Shown here piece after piece: positions 1-10,181 of a stretch of 64,000 nucleotides of DNA. Made by a program: the position numbers and the translations under genes. The stretch is taken from assembly GCA_021323375.2 (NCBI GenBank), contig JAJPCT020000001.1, positions 1-64,000 on the forward strand, read 5' to 3'. Each line of letters starts with the position of its first letter. The stretch's first letter is position 1. Origin of the DNA: Candidatus Wolframiiraptor gerlachensis. Its GTDB lineage: Archaea > Thermoproteota > Nitrososphaeria_A > Caldarchaeales > Wolframiiraptoraceae. The notes beneath the pieces were generated by a model, which searched no databases, was not told the origin of the DNA, and saw only the letters and a list, made by a program, of their open reading frames with translations.

Positions 1-179
1 TTAACATCATTCAACAGGTTATTAGATGCTTCTCCAACAGCTGGATCTCCGCCAACCCTATACTTCTCGACTATCTGGCTCTTACCATCATCGGGGTTTT
101 GCTCGAAGAACTCGGGGACGAGGGCCCAGCAAGCACCACAGCCTATGCAGCCATCTCTATCAATAGTCACCCTAGCCAT
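1..179 (-). CDS. Ferredoxin (partial, runs off window)
   Basis: Manual translation MARVTIDRDGCIGCGACWALVPEFFEQNPDDGKS...; CxxCxxC motif; not in ORF track. Confidence 0.9.
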   Translation of the reverse strand, partial: MARVTIDRDGCIGCGACWALVPEFFEQNPDDGKSQIVEKYRVGGDPAVGEASNNLLNDV

Positions 180-304
180 AATGCATCGAATTGAAGAGAC
201 CTTGGGAGAAAATAAAGATTCATTCGGCTTAATGATGGTGTGATTTGATGGGCCATGGGCTTCGGGGGAAACAGTTTTAAAGATTTTCGGTTACGGTCTC
301 CGGG

Positions 305-1516
305 ATGGAATTAGCCGGCATCGTGGGCAAGCCTAATGTCGGGAAGAGCACACTATTCGCGGCCATGACCCTGGCGCCTGTTGAGATAGCGAACTACCCT
401 TTCACGACGATAAAGCCGAATCGCGGGGTGAGCTATCTCAGGATAAACTGCGTCTGCAGGGAGCTTGGAGTCAAGGATAATCCAAAGAATAGCAGGTGCG
501 TGGATGGCGTCAGGTTCATACCCGTTGAGGTCATCGACTGCCCGGGGATTATAAGGGGGGCTCACATGGGTAGGGGTCTCGGGCTCCAGTTCCTCGATGA
601 AATTAGACAGGCCTCTGCGCTGATAGTCGTTGCGGATGCATCGAGGTCGACAGATCCAGATGGCAACCCGATTAAGCCCGGCATGGGAAATCCTGTCGAG
701 GACGTGAAGATAGTTGAGGAGGAGCTCGACTACTGGATCTACGGCCTCCTGTCGGAGGACTGGAAGAGGATATGCAGGGTTGTCGAGAGCAGGGTATCAA
801 AGCTTGTTGACGAGCTCTCGAAGAAGCTATCAGGTCTCAGGATCACCGGGAAGATAATAGATGAGGCTGTGGATGAGCTGGGTCTCGATGAATCCAGGCC
901 ATCCAAGTGGAGCGAGAACCAGCTCCTTTCATTCGTCAAGAGGCTTAGGCAGAAGAGTAAGCCGATAATCGTCGCGGCGAATAAGATCGATATCCCGGAG
1001 GCAGAGGATGGCGTGAGGATGCTGATGGACGCTGGCTACACGGTAGTGCCCGTGAGCGCCGAGGCCGAGCGGATTCTGAGGATGGCCGCTGAGAAAGGCC
1101 TAATAAGATATCTGCCCGGGGACAGCAGCTTCGAGATAATAGATGAGGGAAGGCTCACTGCGAACCAGAGAAAGGCGCTGAAGCTTATCGAGGAAAAGGT
1201 CCTCGAGAAATGGGGGTCGACAGGCGTTCAGGAGGTCGTGAATAAGGCATACTTCGAGATCCTGAAATACATCCCGGTATATCCTGTCGAAGATCCGGAG
1301 AAACTGACGGACAAGGACGGAAACGTGCTCCCGGACGTCTACATACTCCCAAGCGGCTCCACACCAAGAGACCTCGCCTATGCTGTGCATACGGATCTCG
1401 GGAGAACATTCCTCTACGCCATCGATGCCAAGAGGAAGATCAGGATCAGCGAGAACTATGAGCTAAAATGGGGAGACGTCATCTCGATAGTCGCCACAGC
1501 AAGAAGACCATCATAA
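305..1516 (+). CDS. ychF: Obg-family YchF/Ola1-like NTPase with TGS domain
   Basis: GKPNVGKS, YPFTT, DCPG, NKID motifs; C-terminal TGS-like segment. Confidence 0.92.
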   Translation: MELAGIVGKPNVGKSTLFAAMTLAPVEIANYPFTTIKPNRGVSYLRINCVCRELGVKDNPKNSRCVDGVRFIPVEVIDCPGIIRGAHMGRGLGLQFLDEIRQASALIVVADASRSTDPDGNPIKPGMGNPVEDVKIVEEELDYWIYGLLSEDWKRICRVVESRVSKLVDELSKKLSGLRITGKIIDEAVDELGLDESRPSKWSENQLLSFVKRLRQKSKPIIVAANKIDIPEAEDGVRMLMDAGYTVVPVSAEAERILRMAAEKGLIRYLPGDSSFEIIDEGRLTANQRKALKLIEEKVLEKWGSTGVQEVVNKAYFEILKYIPVYPVEDPEKLTDKDGNVLPDVYILPSGSTPRDLAYAVHTDLGRTFLYAIDAKRKIRISENYELKWGDVISIVATARRPS

Positions 1517-1636
1517 CGACCCCAGAAAGCTTATCTCCGAGATAAGATATCATATGGCCATGCCTCGGATCCCGACAATCATCCACCCACAAGCATTGTT
1601 AAGAAAATATTCAAGAGACTTTTCTCGGAGCTTCTC

Positions 1637-2188
1637 GTGAAGAACTCATACAATATACTAGAGCTTCAATTGAGAAGGGCTCTCGGCGAAGATCCCTATG
1701 CCGTCCTGTGCAGGGATCCTGCGAGATTATCCGCTGAGTTGAGGAATATACTAGGAAGTGAGCTCGATAATCTCCTAAAGATAGCGGCCATCAGGCTCGC
1801 CGACAATTATTCGCTTGAGAAACTCGATATGCACACATCTTTAAGGAGTATTGACAAAGTCTTCCTTGACCTCCTCTTCGAGGCAGCTCGAAGGGCTGTG
1901 GAGAGGATAGCGCCGGGGGACATATGCCTGACACCCCGTGAGGCCGAGGTGATCTCCAGGCTTCTAGAGCCTGCTTCAGCAGGCGGAATAGATGAGCGGG
2001 TTGGCGGAAAAGTTGGTTGGGCGATCAAGATAAAGATAATAATCATACTCGGGATAAGATTCGGCGATAAGATCATTCCCGTGGCACTCTACTCGAGGAA
2101 ATATACGAGATTCGACGCGATCGCGAGAAGATGGCTCGAAGAATCATCATCAGTCTTTAAGGCAATTATTGAGAGGGCAAGAGCCTAA
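1637..2188 (+). CDS. Hypothetical protein
   Basis: 183-aa ORF filling the gap; no recognised motif; start uncertain. Confidence 0.5.
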   Translation: MKNSYNILELQLRRALGEDPYAVLCRDPARLSAELRNILGSELDNLLKIAAIRLADNYSLEKLDMHTSLRSIDKVFLDLLFEAARRAVERIAPGDICLTPREAEVISRLLEPASAGGIDERVGGKVGWAIKIKIIIILGIRFGDKIIPVALYSRKYTRFDAIARRWLEESSSVFKAIIERARA

Positions 2189-2191
2189 GAT

Positions 2192-2551
2192 CTATTCCTC
2201 CACCCCATCTCCTAGGTATTTTGTCGAGTAGTAGCCCCATTCCTTCTTCTTTCCGAAACTTCTCACGCCATGCTCCTTAACCTGTTTTTTGAGTCTCTCC
2301 GCCTGCTCCTCAGAGATCTCCCCCCTCTTCTCAAGGTAGTCTATTACCTCAAGGGCCTCATCATCATTATCACATCTTCTTAGGTAGTCTATTGGTGTTG
2401 GCATCATCGGCTCTCTCGGTCTCAAGGCCTCCTCCTCGGCCTCCTTCTCATCCAGCCTAACAGCATCTATTGATAGGCTCATCTTCCTGAGCTCCATCTC
2501 TCGGTAGAGGTGTGGGAAAAGCTTCTTGAAGGTCTCCCTATCTATCTCCAT
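2192..2551 (-). CDS. DUF2095 family protein
   Basis: FKKLFPHL...PTPIDYLRRC...GVRSFG..KEWGYY pattern. Confidence 0.8.
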   Translation of the reverse strand: MEIDRETFKKLFPHLYREMELRKMSLSIDAVRLDEKEAEEEALRPREPMMPTPIDYLRRCDNDDEALEVIDYLEKRGEISEEQAERLKKQVKEHGVRSFGKKKEWGYYSTKYLGDGVEE

Positions 2552-3204
2552 TCATCATCACCCTCCAAGCCAGGTATGAAGAGCATGTCAGGCCTCTTCT
2601 CCAGCACTTCTCTCAACTCCACTGGGTTTAAGCCTTTCTTGGGGTCCCCGTATATATCACATCTGGGGGGCCTTACATACCATTCATGCTCCTTCAATAT
2701 TACCTCGGCCCTGCTCCCGGCCGGCATCTTGACCTTTATCCTCCACAGGCTCCCATATCTCAGGGGCTCGGGAACATCTATGGGGCTTTCCTCGATGATC
2801 TGGTAGCCCTCCTTGAGGAGCTTCTTCCTGACGGGTTCCGGATCCGTGAAGTCCAGCTCAATATCTATGTCGCTGCTCGGCTTTATGACCCCTCTCCAGA
2901 CGCTTCCAACAAGCCTTGGCCTGAAGCTGGAAAGAATCATCATTAGATGTAGAGCCTCCTCCCTAAACCTCCTCAACCTCCTCCAATACTCATCACCCTC
3001 CACGAGAACAGCATATTCTAGGAGCTTTATGGCGATCTCCCGGTTGCTGGGGAGCACGTTGATGCCCAGCTTCTGGGCTGCAGCCCTCTTAGCCTCAATA
3101 TACTCCTTGCATGCTCCATGATAGAGTAGCCTCGCGGCTTCTAGGGCGACTGCCTCCCTAGCTTGTTGGAGCCTCTGCCTCAGCTTCCGATCTCTCGGCC
3201 TCAA
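2542..3204 (-). CDS. Pol-beta-like nucleotidyltransferase domain protein
   Basis: LVGSVWRG...SDIDIE (GS...DxD) motif. Confidence 0.75.
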   Translation of the reverse strand: MRPRDRKLRQRLQQAREAVALEAARLLYHGACKEYIEAKRAAAQKLGINVLPSNREIAIKLLEYAVLVEGDEYWRRLRRFREEALHLMMILSSFRPRLVGSVWRGVIKPSSDIDIELDFTDPEPVRKKLLKEGYQIIEESPIDVPEPLRYGSLWRIKVKMPAGSRAEVILKEHEWYVRPPRCDIYGDPKKGLNPVELREVLEKRPDMLFIPGLEGDDEWR

Positions 3205-3823
3205 CCGCCTCTACAGGCATCATCTCTCCGCTATAAACCCAGTCTGGTATTTTCAAGACCTTGCTCTTTATCACTCCAACGTGCCTAAGGGCTGTTATCT
3301 TCTTCGCCTCCTGGTATATGTCGGATGCTGTCTTGCCCAAGACCATCTCCTGCGAGAGCTGGGAGAGGGCGAGCTCCTGAGCAGACTTCTCCAATATCTC
3401 CTTCATTATCCGCCTTATCGTCTTGGCCTTCCACGAGTGCCTCCCGATCCGGTTATACGTAAAGGCGGTCGTCTGAACTCTTAGGTGGAACCCATCCTTC
3501 GTCACGAGATTTGTTATCATGTCTATCCTGCTCGTCCCACGCCTCACGAGGCTTCTCAGGAACTCCCGCCCATACTCGTGGCCGTAGAATACCGTCTCCG
3601 CGATCGTATCCTTCACCCTGACAATCTTGAACCTTAACAGGAGGAATTGGTGGGAGAAGTCGCCCGTGAGCGTGTAGAGGCTGACCCAGAGCGTCCTCCC
3701 GATAACCTGCTCCGGCGTATACGCCCAAGTCGTCCCAATCTCCTTGTATCCGAAATACTCCGGCGAGTAGATCGTGTAGACTATCTTCGGGAGCTTCTTC
3801 TCGGCCTTAGCCTTACTCGACAT
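3158..3823 (-). CDS. rps3ae: 30S ribosomal protein S3Ae (eS1)
   Basis: IGRT...LTGDFS...LRSLVRRGTSRID; start moved to MSSKAK. Confidence 0.93.
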   Translation of the reverse strand: MSSKAKAEKKLPKIVYTIYSPEYFGYKEIGTTWAYTPEQVIGRTLWVSLYTLTGDFSHQFLLLRFKIVRVKDTIAETVFYGHEYGREFLRSLVRRGTSRIDMITNLVTKDGFHLRVQTTAFTYNRIGRHSWKAKTIRRIMKEILEKSAQELALSQLSQEMVLGKTASDIYQEAKKITALRHVGVIKSKVLKIPDWVYSGEMMPVEAVEAERSEAEAEAPTS

Positions 3824-3973
3824 TTTCAGGCCCTCAGACCCGCGGGGATAATAAGAACATTTCCCTGCCTGCCAAGTGGCCGGGGATTGGGAGGCCGAAT
3901 AAAATGCTCTTAAGAAAATGTTCATCGATCTAGGGAGGCCTTCAATTATCGTCCTCCTCATGGGCTATCATGT

Positions 3974-4733
3974 TTATTCTCGCCCTATCCATAGATCATA
4001 AAATCCTTTAGCTATTGCTAAGTATGAGAGAAGCCATGGTAGCTCCAGTGGATGCCCCTCCCATATCAACCCGAGTAGATCATAATAATAGTAGAAGATG
4101 TCCACCAGGCCGGTGAGCATGAATCCTATTAGGAGGTATAGCCATCCTCGAGCAAGCTTTCCTCCCCAGAGGACCATGAGAGCGATCACCGCGAGCGCTA
4201 TGAGAACCGCATCATGCATGGGATATGCCACTGCTAGAGCCGCCTCCACGATGTTGCCCGAGTGGATGAGCGCCTCGGGCACGACTGTGAAGGATGTTAT
4301 CGCTAGAATGACTAGACCGCTGATGATTGACGGCACTTTGATCGCCCGCTCCGAGAAGACGTGTCCGAAAACCTTCATGAATATGAAGAAGCCGATAAAG
4401 AATGAGCCATATCCGGTAATATAGAATACATCTGCAAGCGAGGGGAAGGGGACCTCTATACCGAGTACTAGGACGTAGATCGCCCACATGATCTCGCCGA
4501 TACACCAGATTAATAGCCCGAGGGCGAGGAGGAAGAATATTGCTCCAAAGAAGCTTCTAAAAACCATATCTCCGGGCGACATCAAATCCGAAGATCGCTG
4601 ATATGAGAGCATAAGCCGGGAACAATATGTTAGATGAGAGGGCTATGAAGGGCTGATCCCAAAGCCCATAGATGTAGAAGGCCGTTGAGGGGGCTGCGAG
4701 GGCTACTAGTAGGGCATCAACAGCCTTACTCAT
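3974..4733 (-). pseudogene. Multi-pass membrane protein split by a 1-nt frameshift
   Basis: 58-aa hydrophobic ORF 4733-4557 joins ORF 3974..4612 if one base of the A5 run at 4559-4563 is removed (..RRYGF/RSFFGAIF..). Confidence 0.65.
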
Positions 4734-4860
4734 AGCAGTAACTCGTTAAAATGCTATTTTAGCATATAAGGTTTTTGACAGCGAACTGAAGCGCCCTTTA
4801 GATGTGTTTGGAGTTTTATGGCGTAAAACTTTAATCACAGCGGTGCTGCTTATTTGATGA

Positions 4861-5874
4861 ATGGACGTCTACCGGGTTTGCATGACGGCTCTATTATCAG
4901 CTTTCCTAGTTCTAGCTCTCTTGATAGGCCATATCTCAGCTCAGGAGGAAAGGGTTTTAGTTGTGGTTACTGCTGGTCCCTTGGCCAGCGTTGTCAAGGA
5001 GGTCGGCGGAGAATATGTTGAGGTGGGGAGTATCCTTCCACCTAGCACCGATCCACACAGCTATGAGCCGAGCGCTCAGGAGCTCCTATCACTTATCAGC
5101 GGCGCATCCCTAATAGTCATGACAGGGCCGCATCATCTCCCAGTCGAGGAGAGAATTGAGGAGCTCTCTAGGGAGGGGCTTATCAGGGCTCGAGTCCTAG
5201 ACTACCGGGATTATCAGAGGGAGGGCTTGAGGCTCCTCGAGATCGATGGCAGCCTGAACCCGCATGGATACTTCTTCTCGTTAAGCGGCTTAAGGGCTAT
5301 CGCTAAGACATGCGCTGGCGAGCTCTCAAGGCTCATGCCGGATAAGTCGGAGTATTTCAAGCAGAGGCTAGATGCTTATCTCGAGAGGCTTGCGCTCATC
5401 GAGGATGCCGTCAGGCGATTGAACGTACATGGTGTTAGGGTTGCTCTCGCAGATCCCGCGCTCCAGTATATCGCCGATGATCTTGGCCTCAATGTGGAGG
5501 CTATACTCAGGATCGAGCATGGCGTGGAGCCCTCTCCCAAGGAGGTTGCCGAAATCGTGAAGCTTTCTCGAGAAGGCAGGGTCTCGCTCGTGCTCCTGAG
5601 CGATATAGGCCTCATGAGGGACTCGGCTATCATGACAGCTCTAGAGGAGAACAAAGTATCATATGCGCTCATCCCACTTCTCAGCTTCTCGAATAGGCCT
5701 GAGCTCGCCTCGGTATCCGTGGCATCCATAGTTAAGAGCAGGCTTCAGCCCGGTGGCAGCATGAGAGGCGCGGGAAGCTTATCAGATGCATTCCTACTTC
5801 CATCACTCGTGGCGAACATCATGCTTGCGCTAGTCCTAATACTGCTCATTCTAAGGGTGAGACGGCATGGCTGA
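4861..5874 (+). CDS. znuA: Zn/Mn ABC transporter substrate-binding protein
   Basis: DPHSYEP and NPH metal motifs; signal peptide; C-terminal TM anchor. Confidence 0.85.
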   Translation: MDVYRVCMTALLSAFLVLALLIGHISAQEERVLVVVTAGPLASVVKEVGGEYVEVGSILPPSTDPHSYEPSAQELLSLISGASLIVMTGPHHLPVEERIEELSREGLIRARVLDYRDYQREGLRLLEIDGSLNPHGYFFSLSGLRAIAKTCAGELSRLMPDKSEYFKQRLDAYLERLALIEDAVRRLNVHGVRVALADPALQYIADDLGLNVEAILRIEHGVEPSPKEVAEIVKLSREGRVSLVLLSDIGLMRDSAIMTALEENKVSYALIPLLSFSNRPELASVSVASIVKSRLQPGGSMRGAGSLSDAFLLPSLVANIMLALVLILLILRVRRHG

Positions 5875-6628
5875 CGTCGAGCTTAGAAATGTGTCATATT
5901 CTTTCGGCGATAGGGTGGCGCTGGAGGATATTTCCTTCGAGCTCGACTCGCCCTTCTTCTGCGCTGTCATGGGGCCGAACGGCGCTGGAAAGAGCACGCT
6001 GCTGAAGCTTATGCTCGGCCTGCTTAAGCCACAGAGGGGCACAATAAGGATAATGGGATATGATGTCCCGAGGGAGGCTAGCAGGGTTAGGAGGCTTATT
6101 GGATACGTCCCGCAGGTAGTCGACATAGATCACCGGATACCCATGAGCGTTGAGGAGGTTGTTGCCATGGCGGCCCTATCGAGGAGCCTGCCGCCTAGGA
6201 TCATGACCGGCGAGGTGAGACGCAGGGTTCGTGAGGTTCTTGAGCTCGTCGAGCTGGATGATCCCTCAGCGCAGTTCTCCGAGCTTAGCGGCGGGCAGAG
6301 GCAGAGAGCCCTCATCGCTAGGGCGCTCGTCAGCGAGCCCAAGATCCTGCTCCTCGATGAGCCCTACTCGATGCTAGACTTCGACATGAAGTGCGAGATA
6401 GTGGATCTACTCCATAGGCTGCATAGGGATAGGGGGATCGATATATTCCTCGTCGCGCATGAGCTCAGCCCATGCATCCACTTGGAGCCGACCGTGATCC
6501 TGCTGAATAAGCGGATCTACGCTATCGGGAGTGCTGGCGAGGTCCTGACCTTGGAGAATCTCAGGAGAGCCTATCCGGGCCTAACCGAGATACCGGCGGG
6601 ATTCATACTTGGCGAGGATCATGGGTGA
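5867..6628 (+). CDS. znuC: Zn/Mn ABC transporter ATPase
   Basis: GPNGAGKS, LSGGQ, LLLDEP; YVPQ. Confidence 0.88.
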   Translation: MADVELRNVSYSFGDRVALEDISFELDSPFFCAVMGPNGAGKSTLLKLMLGLLKPQRGTIRIMGYDVPREASRVRRLIGYVPQVVDIDHRIPMSVEEVVAMAALSRSLPPRIMTGEVRRRVREVLELVELDDPSAQFSELSGGQRQRALIARALVSEPKILLLDEPYSMLDFDMKCEIVDLLHRLHRDRGIDIFLVAHELSPCIHLEPTVILLNKRIYAIGSAGEVLTLENLRRAYPGLTEIPAGFILGEDHG

Positions 6629-7443
6629 TGTCCGGGATGCCGCTCGACCTCCTCATGTTGATCTACTTGTCAGCGGCCGCGAACGGCCTCCTCGTAGGGG
6701 CTATAAGCCTACCACTCATACTCTCTAGGAGCATACTATTCGCGCTGACGATGACTCACTCCGTTCTCGGCGGGGCTATACTCGGGGTCTACCTGAATGA
6801 GGTACTTGGCATCGGCCTCCCAGTCCCGGTAACGGCATTTCTAACGGCCCTAATGCTCTCGATACTCGTTGCCGAGCTGTCCGAGAAAATATTCTCGGAG
6901 GACGTCTCCATAGCGCTCGCCGTCGCCCTAGCAACCACGATAACAGTCGTGTTCAGCTATCTCCTAGCCAAGGCATCCTCAACCGGCCTCTCACAGGCAT
7001 GGGCCTATGTCGCAGGGACGTCGGCAGTGGCCACGCTGGGAGATCTTCAGAGAACATTGACCGGCCTAGTGATAACCGCGCCTATAATACACATGATAAG
7101 CGGCGAGATAAAGTACATTGCCTTCGATAGAGATGGCGCCGAGGCTATAGGCATAAACACGAGGCTATACCGCTATCTCTTCTTCGCCCTCGGCTCTCTC
7201 ACAGCCTCGATACTATCCATGAGTATAGGGGTTCTCGCCACCCACGTGCTCCTGGCAATCCCGGGAGCGATTGCTGTTAGATTCTTTAGGAGGAGACTTT
7301 TCGCCGCATCGTACCTGTCTGCGGCCTCCCTGAGCCTTGGGGGGTATGCCTTGGCCCAGGCCATGAATATCCCGCCAAGCGGCGGCATAGGGATACTCTC
7401 GGCGATCGCGGTCATCGGGATGGTGGTGACCCGTGAGTCTTAG
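6625..7443 (+). CDS. znuB: Zn/Mn ABC transporter permease
   Basis: Hydrophobic; MTHSVLGG and FDRDGAEAIG motifs; operon context. Confidence 0.85.
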   Translation: MMSGMPLDLLMLIYLSAAANGLLVGAISLPLILSRSILFALTMTHSVLGGAILGVYLNEVLGIGLPVPVTAFLTALMLSILVAELSEKIFSEDVSIALAVALATTITVVFSYLLAKASSTGLSQAWAYVAGTSAVATLGDLQRTLTGLVITAPIIHMISGEIKYIAFDRDGAEAIGINTRLYRYLFFALGSLTASILSMSIGVLATHVLLAIPGAIAVRFFRRRLFAASYLSAASLSLGGYALAQAMNIPPSGGIGILSAIAVIGMVVTRES

Positions 7444-7918
7444 CAGGCACAAGCTCAGCCCCAGAGCGATAGAATATCTTCTATCTGTTCTCAGGAGATC
7501 CCGGGGCAAGGGCTATGCGAGGCAGTATGAGATCATCGAAGATCTCGGGGTTTCGAAGCCAACCGCCTCCCTGATGGTGAAGAAGCTTAAGCGGGTTGGC
7601 TATCTAAAAGTCGAGGGCGAGAAGATAATGCTTAGCGAGGTGGGCGAGAGGCTGGTTCGGGAGCTCGTCCGGAGGCATGGCATAATCGAGAGCGCGCTCT
7701 TCGAGCTCGGCCTCTCACGCGAGGGAGCATGCAGGGTGGCTTGGAGAATTGTCCAGGAGATCCCCGCCGAGGACGCCGAGCGCATCTGGATAAAACTTGG
7801 CTCACCCGCATCATGCCCCTGCGGATACCGAATCCCGAGCACCCACAGAGAGGCCGGCATAGAAGGGGTTGAACCCTGCATAGCCTTCAGGGCTAGCCGA
7901 AGGACTGCACGGCCCTAA
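7433..7918 (+). CDS. DtxR/MntR-family metal-dependent regulator
   Basis: EYL, VSKPTASLMVKKL HTH, RRHGIIE, CPCG. Confidence 0.85.
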   Translation: MSLSRHKLSPRAIEYLLSVLRRSRGKGYARQYEIIEDLGVSKPTASLMVKKLKRVGYLKVEGEKIMLSEVGERLVRELVRRHGIIESALFELGLSREGACRVAWRIVQEIPAEDAERIWIKLGSPASCPCGYRIPSTHREAGIEGVEPCIAFRASRRTARP

Positions 7919-8159
7919 GCACAAGCATTGTTGACACCAATATATCATCAAGGGTCGCGAGGAGCGATATTATCGGCCTCCTTGACCTAATCTCGAATAC
8001 AACCTCGCAGCCGCTCATCCTGGCAGAGAGCTCCATGCCGCTTGGAAGAGGCTCATTATCCGGCTGGAGGGCCCTCATCACGATATTTGCAATTGAGGCA
8101 TCATCTAAACACATCCTTATCCTAGCCTCGCACTCGACAGCCTGCAATGCGTCCTCCAT
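7893..8159 (-). CDS. KEOPS Pcc1-like subunit (paralog 1)
   Basis: ALQPDN...SLLATLDDIL; usual position after rps15-recJ. Confidence 0.75.
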   Translation of the reverse strand: MEDALQAVECEARIRMCLDDASIANIVMRALQPDNEPLPSGMELSARMSGCEVVFEIRSRRPIISLLATLDDILVSTMLVLRAVQSFG

Positions 8160-8165
8160 TTCCTC

Positions 8166-9608
8166 TCACCTCATTCCTGAAAGCTTCTCTTCAACAGTCC
8201 TATCGAGCTCTAGTAGGAATAATGCCTTTCGGGTCTTGGGTATGCTTGCCCCAGCCGCAATATCATGCCCGCCGCCTCTCCCGCCAACGAGCTCAGCAAC
8301 CTCAGCAAGTAGCTTGCCCAAGTTCAAACCTTTCTCGACGAGCTTTCTCGAGGCCCTAGCCGAGACCTTTATAGAGTCCTCGGACTGCGCTAGCGCAACC
8401 AAGATATGTTTATCGCCCTGAAGTCCCATTGAGGATAACATTGAGGCCACTGAGCTTATCAGCCTATCATCTATCACTCTCCCGCCATCTATCACGAGCA
8501 GGTTCTTCAGCTCTTGTTTGCACTCATCCCTCATGGCATACTCGATGGCCTCCGCCAACCTTCTCCTATAATCCTCAAGCACCTTTTGAGCCTCCTCGAG
8601 CAGGGCCCCACGGCCCCCCATAGCTATCGAGATCCCCAGCCACTCATTGCCAGTCTTACCACATGCATTCAGCAACGAAGCGAACTCCCGCGCGTCCCTC
8701 AGATATGTCCAGGGCTCCTCCATCGTCAGTTCATAGACCTTTCCAACAAGCTCTCTCGCCATGCTTGGTGGAAGTCCAAGCGACGCCAGATACTTCAATA
8801 TACCATTGTAAAGCTGCTTCTTCTCATCCTCCGATAGCTCCGACAAGACACGCCACCTATCATCATCCTTCACCCTTATCCCTATCTCAGTGAGGAGGCC
8901 GTAGGCATTCGCCTCATTCCCCGAGATGCCAACGATGAAGGGGTTCATCGTGCTCGCCATCGCCACATGTATGGGCTTACTACTCCTCCCATAGAAGAGT
9001 AGATCCTCCTCAACCCTAAGCAGCCCGGCCTTTACGGCATCCTCCACAATCCTCTCATTGAAACCATGCAATCTTCTGCCATCGAATCTATCCTGCAGAT
9101 CGCCTAGAGCGCCCGTTACAGCGACTGGTGAGAGGAGAATGTTCTCCTCATTCAGCGCCTTAGCGATGAGATATGCCACGCCAGCGCCACTAACCTCCTC
9201 GGAGCCATTTATGCCGTGGAAGTGAGGGTTGAGCTGGATCACGTTCGCGGGAGCAGATCCCATCGGCTCATGATGATCCAGTATTATGATAGGCCTGCTT
9301 GATGAGAGCTTGGATAGCTCGCTTAGGTAGCCGCTTCCCATATCCACGAGAATGGGGATATATGATGCCGGGAGATTCGCGAGATACTTCAATGCATCCT
9401 CGAACTCTCCAATAGCCCTAGTCACGAACCTCGCATTCTCTCTCAAGAGCATAGCGGAGATTATCGCGCCCGATGATAGGCCATCAGCATCTATATGACA
9501 TATGACCAGAAACTTGCTACCTTCATCTATGAGGGATCTTATCCTCTCCGCTATCTCCCCAGCCCTTGAGAGGAATCCCCGTTCATCCCTGAATCTATCT
9601 AGGCTCAT
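8166..9608 (-). CDS. RecJ/Cdc45-like DHH phosphoesterase
   Basis: HIDADG, DMG, DHH, GGGH motifs. Confidence 0.9.
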   Translation of the reverse strand: MSLDRFRDERGFLSRAGEIAERIRSLIDEGSKFLVICHIDADGLSSGAIISAMLLRENARFVTRAIGEFEDALKYLANLPASYIPILVDMGSGYLSELSKLSSSRPIIILDHHEPMGSAPANVIQLNPHFHGINGSEEVSGAGVAYLIAKALNEENILLSPVAVTGALGDLQDRFDGRRLHGFNERIVEDAVKAGLLRVEEDLLFYGRSSKPIHVAMASTMNPFIVGISGNEANAYGLLTEIGIRVKDDDRWRVLSELSEDEKKQLYNGILKYLASLGLPPSMARELVGKVYELTMEEPWTYLRDAREFASLLNACGKTGNEWLGISIAMGGRGALLEEAQKVLEDYRRRLAEAIEYAMRDECKQELKNLLVIDGGRVIDDRLISSVASMLSSMGLQGDKHILVALAQSEDSIKVSARASRKLVEKGLNLGKLLAEVAELVGGRGGGHDIAAGASIPKTRKALFLLELDRTVEEKLSGMR

Positions 9609-9657
9609 CGGCTATATTTATAATCTCTAGGGGGCTAAAATAGCTGTTCCCTAGATG

Positions 9658-10104
9658 CTACTTGTATGCATAGACGAGCTCTGGTTCCCAGTCTGGTGGG
9701 AGTTCGCCGATCCGCTTGTAATACTTGACGAGCCTATGGATCTTGGCCTCGACGAGCTGGAGCCTATGCCTATTGTATCTGTCTCCCTTATGCTTGCCTA
9801 GGTGCACCCTCATCCTCCTAGCCCTCCTGAGTAGGTTTTCTAAATCCTCGGGGATCTGGGGCAATAGGTTATTCTCCTTGAGTATCTGCTTTATCGTCTT
9901 GCCCGTGATCTGTTTGACGAGCGGGACGCCATGCTGATCCCGGAGGATTATGCCGATCATGCTCGGCGGATAACCTTCCTTAGCATACTTGACTACTAGA
10001 GACTCAACCTCCTCGGGCGTGAGCTTAACCCATGAGGGAGGAGCCTTACTAAGCGGCCTCTTTGACCCCGACTTCCCCCGCCTACGCGCATGCATTCTAG
10101 CCAT
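9658..10104 (-). CDS. rps15: 30S ribosomal protein S15 (uS15)
   Basis: [14 protein letters not shown]...[10 protein letters not shown]...RLVKYYK. Confidence 0.97.
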   Translation of the reverse strand: MARMHARRRGKSGSKRPLSKAPPSWVKLTPEEVESLVVKYAKEGYPPSMIGIILRDQHGVPLVKQITGKTIKQILKENNLLPQIPEDLENLLRRARRMRVHLGKHKGDRYNRHRLQLVEAKIHRLVKYYKRIGELPPDWEPELVYAYK

Positions 10105-10181
10105 GTGCCAGCCTCCAAGGCGAGAAGCCTCCAGCCCGACTAAAAAACATTATAGCTTGGCGGGCGCTCTCTGAGCCAGCC

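Noticed and set aside
3824-3961. N-terminal extension of S3Ae, or a structured leader
   Set aside because: The extension is not S3Ae-like and the pairing is too weak to call an RNA element.
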